A stretch of DNA of 32,000 nucleotides from Caldivirga maquilingensis IC-167 (GTDB lineage Archaea; Thermoproteota; Thermoprotei; Thermoproteales; Thermocladiaceae): the NCBI RefSeq assembly GCF_000018305.1, contig NC_009954.1, forward strand, positions 630,001 through 662,000, in the 5' to 3' direction. Made by a program: the position numbers and the translations under genes. How positions within the stretch are numbered: position 1 is the stretch's first letter; each line of letters begins with the position of its first letter. The notes below the pieces were generated by a model that saw nothing but the letters and a program-made list of their open reading frames with translations, did not search any database and was not told where the DNA came from. Below, piece by piece: positions 1-7,812 of the stretch.

Positions 1-1663
1 TGAGACCATAGGTTGAGTTAATGCACCAGATAATTGTATTATTCGGTATAGGTAGGTTGGTGGTTAATGGTTTACAATACCAGCCGGTAATCTGATTACT
101 CTGAACAATCGGGTAGGCGAAAGGCGTAGTGGTGCCGTTAATACACCATGCTGCTGGGAATAATGCAGGGCCATTCCATTGAGCTGAAGTTAAGGAAACC
201 CAGAATGTATCATAACCACCCTTATTAAGGCCTGCATATATGAAATCAACATTATCAGGTAATTTACACGTAGTCTCCTCAGTGGAATATGTTGCAGCCT
301 CAACAGAAATGACCTTAGTTGGTATTCCAAACTTCCCTAATTGTGCAGCTATTTCAGAACTTATGGTTAACCAGTCAGTACGCCCGTCGGTGTATAGTGT
401 TAGTGTTAGTGGTGTTCCGTTGGGTAGGTACCATTGGCCGCTCTTATAGGTTAAGCCAGCTGATTCAAGTAACTGAGAGGCGTAAGACCAATTAACAGTA
501 TAATTAATAACCATGCTCCTAATGCCTTCGGGTATTGTTGACCATAGACCAGGGACAACATTAGGAGCTGGGGCTGGTGCAAGTATCCATACTGGATAGT
601 AGGCGTATGGTGGCGGTCCCCATGCTAGGGTTGCCTCAGTCCTATTGATAATGTATGCAAATGCTTGTCTGACAGCAGGAATATTAAATGGGTAGTATGC
701 CGGTATTGAGAATCCCATGGTTGAGATATCTGGCATTGGGTTAAATACGTAACCATCCTTAATGGCGACCTGATATGTTGAAGGTGGTGCAGTCCACCCA
801 AGTACGAAGAAGTTACTATGGGTAGCCATTAATTCAAGTAATTGAGTTGTTCCTGAGGAGAGTGAAATATAGGCATTTAACTCTGGGTAGTATTGCCATG
901 TGTGGAATGGAAACACGCTACCCCACTCAGTCAACAACTGCTGGGGCACTAGTTGAACAGTAATTGTCTGTGGACTAACGTGACTAGCATAGTATGGGCC
1001 TAGGCTCCAGTATGGTACAACCATTTCAGTTATATTCTTCTGCCCAAAGGTGTAGGCTTCACTGGCATTCATTGTTTTTAACTCGTTTACTACGTTCTCC
1101 CAGACTGGCCATGGTGTTTCAGGCCTGGTTATAAGTATGAATATCCACTCTGTGGGTGACCATACATCGAAGTGGAATTCAATGGTGTAATTATTAAGCA
1201 CTATTATGTCCTTATCAGCATTCTGAGGACTAATCCAAGGTGAATATGCATTAAAGGCTTTCGCCTCAATGTAGAAGTATGCGTAAACATCCCATGCGGT
1301 GAAGGGTATTGTGGCTGAACCATTAAACCAATATAAGTTATGCCTAAGGTAGATTATCAAGGTCTTATTCTGAGGAAACACAGTCCAATTACTGGCTAAA
1401 ACAGGCCAAAACTCATTAGTAGTCGGGTTCCATAATGCTAATGGCGCATAATCACTGGCCCACCATATTGGCCAAAGGCTTAGGGATGAGAATGGGTTAT
1501 ACCATGGGGCAGGCCATGGGGGGACAACAACGTAGTACCATGGTGCTGCATAGTAAAGGGTGTACGTGGGGTATGATGACTGAGCACTAGCTATACTTAT
1601 TGACATAACTACTATTGCACCTAGTATTAACCATATATGTCTAGAGATACTTAGTTTGCCCAT
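1..1663 (-). CDS. ABC-transporter extracellular solute-binding protein, family 5 (oligopeptide/oligosaccharide type); 3' end cut by window edge
   Basis: Absent from the ORF track because it runs off the left edge. My own minus-strand translation from the ATG at 1663 is stop-free to position 1 (about 554 codons). The N-terminus MGKLSISRHIWLILGAIVVMSISIASAQ looks like a signal peptide or anchor. LRHNLYWFNGSATIPFTAWDVYAYF and IPAVRQAFAYIINRTE resemble the two classic family-5 SBP signatures. Composition is W/Y/P/N-rich. Confidence 0.75.
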   Translation of the reverse strand, partial: MGKLSISRHIWLILGAIVVMSISIASAQSSYPTYTLYYAAPWYYVVVPPWPAPWYNPFSSLSLWPIWWASDYAPLALWNPTTNEFWPVLASNWTVFPQNKTLIIYLRHNLYWFNGSATIPFTAWDVYAYFYIEAKAFNAYSPWISPQNADKDIIVLNNYTIEFHFDVWSPTEWIFILITRPETPWPVWENVVNELKTMNASEAYTFGQKNITEMVVPYWSLGPYYASHVSPQTITVQLVPQQLLTEWGSVFPFHTWQYYPELNAYISLSSGTTQLLELMATHSNFFVLGWTAPPSTYQVAIKDGYVFNPMPDISTMGFSIPAYYPFNIPAVRQAFAYIINRTEATLAWGPPPYAYYPVWILAPAPAPNVVPGLWSTIPEGIRSMVINYTVNWSYASQLLESAGLTYKSGQWYLPNGTPLTLTLYTDGRTDWLTISSEIAAQLGKFGIPTKVISVEAATYSTEETTCKLPDNVDFIYAGLNKGGYDTFWVSLTSAQWNGPALFPAAWCINGTTTPFAYPIVQSNQITGWYCKPLTTNLPIPNNTIIWCINSTYGL

Positions 1664-1680
1664 ACATTTTAGAAACTGAG

Positions 1681-1694
1681 AACTAGTATTTAAA
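1681..1694 (-). promoter_or_regulatory. Promoter of the SBP gene: TATA box (TTTAAATA on minus strand, 1687-1694) overlapping candidate operator AATACTAGTT (1681-1690)
   Basis: The TATA centre is about 27 nt from the ATG at 1663, which is leaderless geometry. The 10-mer is repeated at 1728-1737. Confidence 0.45.
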
Positions 1695-1727
1695 GTTTTC
1701 CGAAATTACTATAAAAGTGTAGTATGA

Positions 1728-1737
1728 AACTAGTATT
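1728..1737 (-). promoter_or_regulatory. Second copy of the AATACTAGTT motif (direct repeat, 47 bp upstream of the first)
   Basis: Exact 10-nt repeat of 1681-1690, inside the 108-bp spacer between the TrmB stop and the SBP start. Confidence 0.35.
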
Positions 1738-1771
1738 CACTAGCTCTTACCCACCATTATGGTAATTCCCC

Positions 1772-2812
1772 TTATGCATTGGGGCTTATGCTTTCTATTA
1801 CTACTTCCTGTGCCTCGATATCCTCTAACTCAGCGTCATATCCTCCAATAGTGTATTGATTGCCATTACTCCTTACCACAATGTTAGATACTCTATTAAG
1901 CATGTTAACTGATGATACAACCCCCCTAACCTCTATTGGTTCATTATTCTTCAGGAGTATGCCTTTAACCGATACAACAGGGTTATAGCCATGTGTTAAT
2001 AATGCTTCAAGGGTCAGTAAGGCAAAGTGTATGTTAAGGAATTTACGCGGGTACTTGCCCCTACTTGGGTCTACGTATAGCGCATCCTCTGATTCCTTCC
2101 ACGTTGAATTGAATATTGTGAGGAATCTAGTTATTATGTCTTTATCCTGAATTATGTAGCAATGAGACCCCTCATTAACTGTTAGTGATCTCCTGCTTGC
2201 GTAAACACCCTTACTAAGGTCTGCGGCAAGTAGAAGGAAGTCCCCAAGCTTATTCACCTTAATCCACGCGGCATCCTCATACTCCCTCAGTGGATGAAGA
2301 TCCTCTTCGCTAATACTTGGGTAAACCAGTAGATATAGTCTAACTCCTCTTCCTAATGCATCCATGAATAGCCTTAGGTTCTTCCTAAGAATCCAACTAG
2401 GTATCTCACCATATAACTCCACCTGTGCATTTGAAATAACCTCCACTAGGCCGTTATTTAAGCCATCTATCCCATATGAAACATATATTTGGGAACTACT
2501 GCGTATTGGCGATTCTATTCTTTTAACAACCTCCTTAATTGATGAGAACGATGAAATATAGGTATCTATTATTGTGGAGAGGTTATAGGCACTGTACTTC
2601 TTAGGCCTACTGCTTGAAACCTTTATGAACCCCCTCCTAAGTAGGCTTGATAATATATTATATAATTGAGGCTGGTGAACATCCACTGACTCCAGTATAT
2701 CCTTAACACTTGCCTCACCCTTCTCGGCTATTGTTAGGAAGACCTCAGCCTCCCTATTGGTTAACCCCATCATAGTTAATACCCTTAATAAGTAATCTCT
2801 ATCTATAGTCAT
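1772..2812 (-). CDS. TrmB-family sugar-responsive transcriptional regulator
   Basis: The N-terminal winged HTH (LTNREAEVFLTIAEKGEASVKDILESVDVHQPQLYNILSSLLRRGFIKV) is typical of TrmB. The length (346 aa) leaves room for a C-terminal effector domain. It is flanked by sugar-uptake and glycosidase genes. Confidence 0.8.
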   Translation of the reverse strand: MTIDRDYLLRVLTMMGLTNREAEVFLTIAEKGEASVKDILESVDVHQPQLYNILSSLLRRGFIKVSSSRPKKYSAYNLSTIIDTYISSFSSIKEVVKRIESPIRSSSQIYVSYGIDGLNNGLVEVISNAQVELYGEIPSWILRKNLRLFMDALGRGVRLYLLVYPSISEEDLHPLREYEDAAWIKVNKLGDFLLLAADLSKGVYASRRSLTVNEGSHCYIIQDKDIITRFLTIFNSTWKESEDALYVDPSRGKYPRKFLNIHFALLTLEALLTHGYNPVVSVKGILLKNNEPIEVRGVVSSVNMLNRVSNIVVRSNGNQYTIGGYDAELEDIEAQEVVIESISPNA

Positions 2813-2886
2813 ACCCCACTAATTGTACTCATCAACTTTATTTATAAGGTTAATGTTAAGTATTTAAAGTCCTTATACCAATATTC

Positions 2887-2900
2887 TTAAATACCAGTAT
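2887..2900 (+). promoter_or_regulatory. Promoter of the glycosidase gene: TATA-like TTAAATA overlapping near-palindrome ATACCAGTAT (2891-2900)
   Basis: The TATA centre is about 26 nt from the ATG at 2916. TTAAATACCAGTA matches the SBP promoter TTAAATACTAGTT at 11 of 13 positions. Confidence 0.45.
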
Positions 2901-2915
2901 GTATGCAACTAAATA

Positions 2916-5486
2916 ATGCGTAACATTGATGCCTGGGTTAAGCCCACTGGTTTCATTACTAAGAGTGGTTTAAGGGGTCTTTTAATATACGTTAGGAACA
3001 AGTCACCTTACCAAGTTAAGTTCACTGTTAATGACCGTGAATTCACTGCTGGTTCAGGGTTAAACTGGTTCCTTACTGAGGTTAAGCCCAATGAATCTAT
3101 TGAGGTTAAGTTCGAGACAGGTGAATCCTATTCATTTAAGCCTAATTTTCAGGAGCCTAGGAAGTTTAGGGTTCATATTGCTCCAACCGTCCATACAGAC
3201 TACGGTTATACTGATGTTCAATCTAGGGTTGAGGAGATCCACAGGGGTAACATGGATGTTGCCCTTAAAATATCCTCTAGGGGTGGTAAATTCGTCATTG
3301 AGGTTACTGAGCAACCCTTCGGTAGGATTATGGAGCTTCTGGACGCTAATAGGAGGGGCCTCATAGGTGTTCAAGCCTTCCCATTAAACGTATTAACCGG
3401 GTTATGTAATCATGAGGAGTTGATTAGGTTATTTTACGGTGTTAGGGATTTAAGGAGAGCGGGTTTCAGTATTGAGACGGCTGCCTTAAATGATATACCA
3501 AGCGCAGTGTACGCGTTACCAAGTGTCCTGGCTTCATGCGGCATTAAGTATTATATTCAGGGCGCTAATCCAGATAGGGGACCATTGCATAAGTTGAATA
3601 CTTGGCTTAAGTCACCCTTCAAGTGGATTGGACCTGATGGTAATGGGGTATTGGCATGGTTTAGCGGTGGTTACGGGGGCTTAATACCAGGTTTCCATGG
3701 TTACCACCAGGGTTGGTCAGCGGGCTTATTAATAAGCCTGGATAGAGCTGAGGCTGGTTTAGCACACTTCCTAACGACACTTGAGGAGAGGGGTTACCAG
3801 TATGAGAATGTTCTACTCTACGGAATGTTCATTGATAATTGGCCTGCGTCGGATAGGTTCATTGACGTTGTGAGGGAGTTTAATGAGAAGTGGGAGAACC
3901 CCCAGTTAATAATCTCTACTACAGATGACTTCTTCCATGAGATTGAACGCGAGGTTAACGGTAAGATCAATAGTATTAAGGGTAGTTTCGGAGCCTACTG
4001 GGAGGATGGGGCAGCTTCAACGGCTAGGGAGTTGGCTGCATTAAGGCTGGCTAAGAAGCTTCTGTATTTTGCTGAAGTCGCCTACGCTTTCGATTACATT
4101 AAGGGCTTAAGGTATCCTAAAGGGGATATTGATGAGGCTTGGAGAAGCGTAATTTACTTTGATGAGCATACGTGGGGTGCATGGAATTCAGTCAGTGATC
4201 CCTATAATCCAAGTGTCCTAGAGCAGTGGCGTATTAAGGCTGGTTTCGCTGATAAGGCCCTTAATAAGGCTATGGAGTTGACTAGGGGTGATTACGTCAG
4301 TAATCCATATCCATTCACGGTCAGCGGCATTATTGAGAATACTTACGTTGAGTTACCGTCAATGGCCTCAAGACCATTCATCAGGAAGCCCCTAGTGAGG
4401 AGGAGTGTTGAGTCTAAGAATTTATTAATTGAATCACCCTACTATAAGGTCACTATTAAGGATGGTAAGGTAGTTAGTGTCATTGATAAGGAGCTTAACG
4501 TTGAGTTAATAGACTCCTCAAAATACACGCTCGATGAATACCTCTACGTACTTGGGGGTAAGGGAACTAGTATGGAGAGGACTATATTGAATTACCTCTA
4601 TGAAGGTGAACCCACTGGTCCAGTCTTCAGTATTATTAGGGAGTATTCAAGCAGGGTTACTGGGGTTTATGAAAATGATGATGTGGTTACCGTGGTTATT
4701 GAGTCTGATAGTTACCTTAGTAAGATTAGGAAGGAGATTACTCTACCTAAGGCCCGCAGGGAGTTGATTATTAGGAATACTGTGGATAAGTCTGAGAATT
4801 ACGATAAGGAGGGTGTTTACTTCGCCTTTCCATTCAACCTAAGTAAACCCAGAGTGCTTATTGAGGAGCCTGGAGCCTTCATTGACGTGGAGAATGAACT
4901 CATTGAGGGTGGGTGCGCCAATTGGTTTGCGGCAAATAACATTGTTTTACTTAAGGGTGAATTCGACATAGCCTTCTACACTGAGGAGGCTCCATTAGTA
5001 ACCATTGGCAGTATCTTCGATGGTGTATGGAGGGGTAGTGTTAAAGTGAATAATGGCTTATTATTCTCCTACGTAATGAATAATTACTGGCATACTAATT
5101 ACAAGGCTGCTCAAGGGGGTTCATTCACCTTCACCTATAGGTTAACGAGTAGTAGAGCCATTAAACCAAGCCAAGCCCACAGATTCTTCTCATCACCGGT
5201 AATTGGAAGAGCCATAAATGGTGACTTAACAATAGATCCACCTGAGGTGGTGGTGACTACGGTTAAGAAGTGGGATTTAGGTGATGGTGTTGTTTTAAGG
5301 TTACTTGAGGTTGATGGTGAAGCCAAATCATTAACCATAAGGTCAAGAACCCTAAACGGCTACAAGGCATACTTAGCAAACCCACTTGAGGAACCCATTG
5401 AGGAACTTGGTGAATTCACTAACGGTGAATTAAAGGTAAGTGTTAAGCCAAGGTCATATTTAACCATAGTGGTGAAGAGGAGTTAA
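2916..5486 (+). CDS. Glycoside hydrolase, GH38-like alpha-mannosidase
   Basis: 856 aa. The N-terminal metal-site-like motif RVHIAPTVHTDYGYTD resembles the H-x-H-x-D pattern of GH38 N-domains. Size and multi-domain layout fit archaeal alpha-mannosidases. Family assignment is by recollection only. Confidence 0.6.
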   Translation: MRNIDAWVKPTGFITKSGLRGLLIYVRNKSPYQVKFTVNDREFTAGSGLNWFLTEVKPNESIEVKFETGESYSFKPNFQEPRKFRVHIAPTVHTDYGYTDVQSRVEEIHRGNMDVALKISSRGGKFVIEVTEQPFGRIMELLDANRRGLIGVQAFPLNVLTGLCNHEELIRLFYGVRDLRRAGFSIETAALNDIPSAVYALPSVLASCGIKYYIQGANPDRGPLHKLNTWLKSPFKWIGPDGNGVLAWFSGGYGGLIPGFHGYHQGWSAGLLISLDRAEAGLAHFLTTLEERGYQYENVLLYGMFIDNWPASDRFIDVVREFNEKWENPQLIISTTDDFFHEIEREVNGKINSIKGSFGAYWEDGAASTARELAALRLAKKLLYFAEVAYAFDYIKGLRYPKGDIDEAWRSVIYFDEHTWGAWNSVSDPYNPSVLEQWRIKAGFADKALNKAMELTRGDYVSNPYPFTVSGIIENTYVELPSMASRPFIRKPLVRRSVESKNLLIESPYYKVTIKDGKVVSVIDKELNVELIDSSKYTLDEYLYVLGGKGTSMERTILNYLYEGEPTGPVFSIIREYSSRVTGVYENDDVVTVVIESDSYLSKIRKEITLPKARRELIIRNTVDKSENYDKEGVYFAFPFNLSKPRVLIEEPGAFIDVENELIEGGCANWFAANNIVLLKGEFDIAFYTEEAPLVTIGSIFDGVWRGSVKVNNGLLFSYVMNNYWHTNYKAAQGGSFTFTYRLTSSRAIKPSQAHRFFSSPVIGRAINGDLTIDPPEVVVTTVKKWDLGDGVVLRLLEVDGEAKSLTIRSRTLNGYKAYLANPLEEPIEELGEFTNGELKVSVKPRSYLTIVVKRS

Positions 5487-5493
5487 GTTGAAA

Positions 5494-6663
5494 CTAACCA
5501 AGTGGCTTATCAACAGCATTCACGTACCTTCTCAGGAACAGTAAGATAATAATCACAGGCAGTATTAGTACTATAAATGTGTTCCTTATGCCTATTAAAT
5601 CCGCTACATAGCCTGTTATTGTTGGTGTTACTATACCTATGAGCATCATGAATGAGAAGAATAGGCTATTAGCCATATTCCTATGCTGTGGTTTAAACGC
5701 TCTTGATATGGCAACCACTGATAATGGATAAGTGGTACCATGTGGTATACCCAGTAATAGCAATGCAATAATGTATATCAATAAATTATTAATTAAACCT
5801 ATCAATGCAATACCAATTACAGTCAATAAAACTGCACTACTCATAAGTGGCCAAAGTCTCTCAGCGGGTTTAATTGATAAGTAAAGCCTACCTAGGAATG
5901 ATGTTACGAAGAATAATGAGAACAAAGTCTCAACCGTTGAGTAACTTAATCCAAAGGAATTCCTAGCATAAATACCACCGAAGGCCATTAGGAAGGAGAA
6001 GACCACGTTATATGTTGCTATGTTTAAGACGGCTGTTAAGAATCCAGGGTTAGATAATACATTGCTCACGGCAATTAATGAATCATTACTTGTCTCTTCA
6101 GGGAATTTAATGAATGGGGCTATGGCTAAGGCAAGTATTGGGAATACTGTGAAGAATAGGAAGGATTCCCTTAGGCTATAGTATTTAAGTATCAATGATT
6201 CAATAGCTGGACCTAGTATTAGGCTTATGCTTAATGACAACGTGTAAATATTGAGTAATCTCTCCCTAGTCCTCCTATCAGGTAGTAGGCTTGCTGAGGT
6301 TATTATGTTAGGCATTAGGAAGCCTAGGGTGAATCCAGCAATGGCTGAAAGCAGCCATATGGTTAATGGTGTTGATAACCAGAATAATGGATAAGCCACA
6401 GCATATATTACTGAAGACGCTATGAATGCTAATCTCCTATTACATGACCTTAACCTTGAGTTAATTAAACCACTACTTAGGAATGTCATTAATGCTGTTA
6501 AGGCTGATAATAAGCCAATAAGTGTATTACTGAAGTGAAAGCCATACCTAGCTAGTAAGGGTATTGTAGTCATTAACATATTATTAGATGCCCTAACCAC
6601 TATTGTTAAGGGTACTATTATTAATAATGCCTGCGCTAATCCTAAGTAATGCCCCCTAATCAT
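5494..6663 (-). CDS. Major facilitator superfamily (MFS) permease
   Basis: 389 aa and almost entirely hydrophobic, with about 12 predicted helices in two halves separated by a central loop. There is a basic loop after TM2 (INSRLRSCNRRLAF). Its start overlaps the upstream stop (TAATG at 6661-6665). Confidence 0.7.
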   Translation of the reverse strand: MIRGHYLGLAQALLIIVPLTIVVRASNNMLMTTIPLLARYGFHFSNTLIGLLSALTALMTFLSSGLINSRLRSCNRRLAFIASSVIYAVAYPLFWLSTPLTIWLLSAIAGFTLGFLMPNIITSASLLPDRRTRERLLNIYTLSLSISLILGPAIESLILKYYSLRESFLFFTVFPILALAIAPFIKFPEETSNDSLIAVSNVLSNPGFLTAVLNIATYNVVFSFLMAFGGIYARNSFGLSYSTVETLFSLFFVTSFLGRLYLSIKPAERLWPLMSSAVLLTVIGIALIGLINNLLIYIIALLLLGIPHGTTYPLSVVAISRAFKPQHRNMANSLFFSFMMLIGIVTPTITGYVADLIGIRNTFIVLILPVIIILLFLRRYVNAVDKPLG

Positions 6664-7328
6664 TAAGCCTCACTATACCTTTTAACAACATTAATAAAAC
6701 TAACGTAGTCGCCAGGATCATATATGCCGTATTTAACCCTCCTGAGAATATTCTCAATGAACTCCTTAGGGATGGTGATCGGTAACTTCCTCACTATGTA
6801 ATCGGCGGCATTAGTTAGGTCTTTTCTAATAGCCTCAATGCCGGCTGTATAAGCATCTATGAAGTATTGCGGATTACCATTCACGTAGGCACCACAGGCT
6901 CCAGGTGCATTAATTAATTCCTCTAAAAATGCATCATTATGCTCAAGTACTCCTAAGTTAAGTACAGCACTTTGAACCTCACCTCTATTAAGCATGTTAA
7001 ATATAGAGTACCAGTCATCAGCATAGACGAGCTCAGCCTTTAACCCAACCTTATCCAATAATGCTCTAGTAAGTAAATCCGCTGCACTACCGCGTCTCCA
7101 GATGGCAATCCTAGGTCCCTGTAGTTTAGGATAAATGAACATTAGTCTCTTAACTGTTACCATGTCTATTCTTAAATCATTCTTAATCAAGGACACTAGT
7201 GAATCAGCCACTGCATAGGCGTTCTCAGTCTCCTTACCCTTAGCGAATACAAGATCTAAGTCACCATAATCCCTTGAGGCAAGTATTAAAGGGTATGAAA
7301 CAGGACCCGGTGCGGTTACTATCTTCAT
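6663..7328 (-). CDS. Hypothetical soluble protein, possibly periplasmic-binding-protein-like fold (MqnA/MqnD- or DUF3834-like)
   Basis: The ORF track starts it at 7361. A TATA box (7351-7358) and palindrome lie inside that extension and sit 27 nt from the in-frame ATG at 7328 (MKIVTAPGPVSYPLILA...), so I prefer 7328. The fold guess rests only on the N-terminal pattern and the length. Confidence 0.55.
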   Translation of the reverse strand: MKIVTAPGPVSYPLILASRDYGDLDLVFAKGKETENAYAVADSLVSLIKNDLRIDMVTVKRLMFIYPKLQGPRIAIWRRGSAADLLTRALLDKVGLKAELVYADDWYSIFNMLNRGEVQSAVLNLGVLEHNDAFLEELINAPGACGAYVNGNPQYFIDAYTAGIEAIRKDLTNAADYIVRKLPITIPKEFIENILRRVKYGIYDPGDYVSFINVVKRYSEA

Positions 7329-7341
7329 GATGACATTACCG

Positions 7342-7358
7342 ATATCGATATTTTTAAA
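7342..7358 (-). promoter_or_regulatory. Promoter: TATA (TTTAAAAA on minus strand, 7351-7358) followed by perfect 10-bp palindrome ATATCGATAT (7342-7351)
   Basis: Read directly from the sequence. It has the same TATA-then-palindrome layout as the promoters at 1681-1694 and 2887-2900. Confidence 0.4.
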
Positions 7359-7812
7359 CATTTCCCGCTACACTAACCACATGCCTTTATAGCTGAAAGC
7401 CTTGTCTTTTAAGGTGTGGGTGAAGGTTAATTTATAGGCTTTGTATACTTTAAAGTGGACTAAGTGTGAAGCAATTCTCAGGTAGCTATCCACTGAAGAG
7501 ACTGAGGGAGGTTGGTGAGGAATACAGGATAGGGTTGAGCATATCAATGGGGAAGCACCTCGAAAATATGCCTGATATGCAGGGTAATGGAGAACCATAA
7601 AAGGATAACAAGAGGATTATTCAAATGCTACAGGCATAATAAAGTGTTCAAAGCGGATCTATAACCCTGAGTCCCACACTATACGGGATAGGAGTAAAGC
7701 GCCTGAAACCAACAGCAATCTGAGGTGTAGCCATAAACCCCAGTCCTAAGGGGGGGAACCCACCCATTAGGGTAGAAGGAGGTCAGATGAGGTATTGATT
7801 CATGTAATTCTC

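Noticed and set aside
240-449. 69-aa plus-strand ORF at the left end.
   Set aside because: It lies entirely inside, and antisense to, the edge-truncated solute-binding-protein gene, which has strong family motifs.
7327-7396. AUGAUGA ... CUGA on the plus strand, a possible C/D sRNA.
   Set aside because: The span is 70 nt with no internal D'/C' boxes. It also overlaps the start codon and promoter of the minus-strand gene, so the box matches are most likely coincidental.
7368-7598. 76-aa ORF on the minus strand in the long spacer.
   Set aside because: It has no TATA box at the right distance and no recognisable motif. Its composition is unlike neighbouring genes. It is probably a chance ORF; a real small protein cannot be excluded.
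7640-7795. Possible miniaturised (type T) RNase P RNA, prompted by GGAGUAAAGCGCC (CR-I-like), ACAGCAAU (CR-V-like) and a GGGGGGGAACCCAC hairpin.
   Set aside because: The defining P4 pairing is absent. No GGCGCUU-type complement to the putative CR-I strand exists on either strand nearby, and the order of the elements is wrong. I keep it only as an unassigned structured region.
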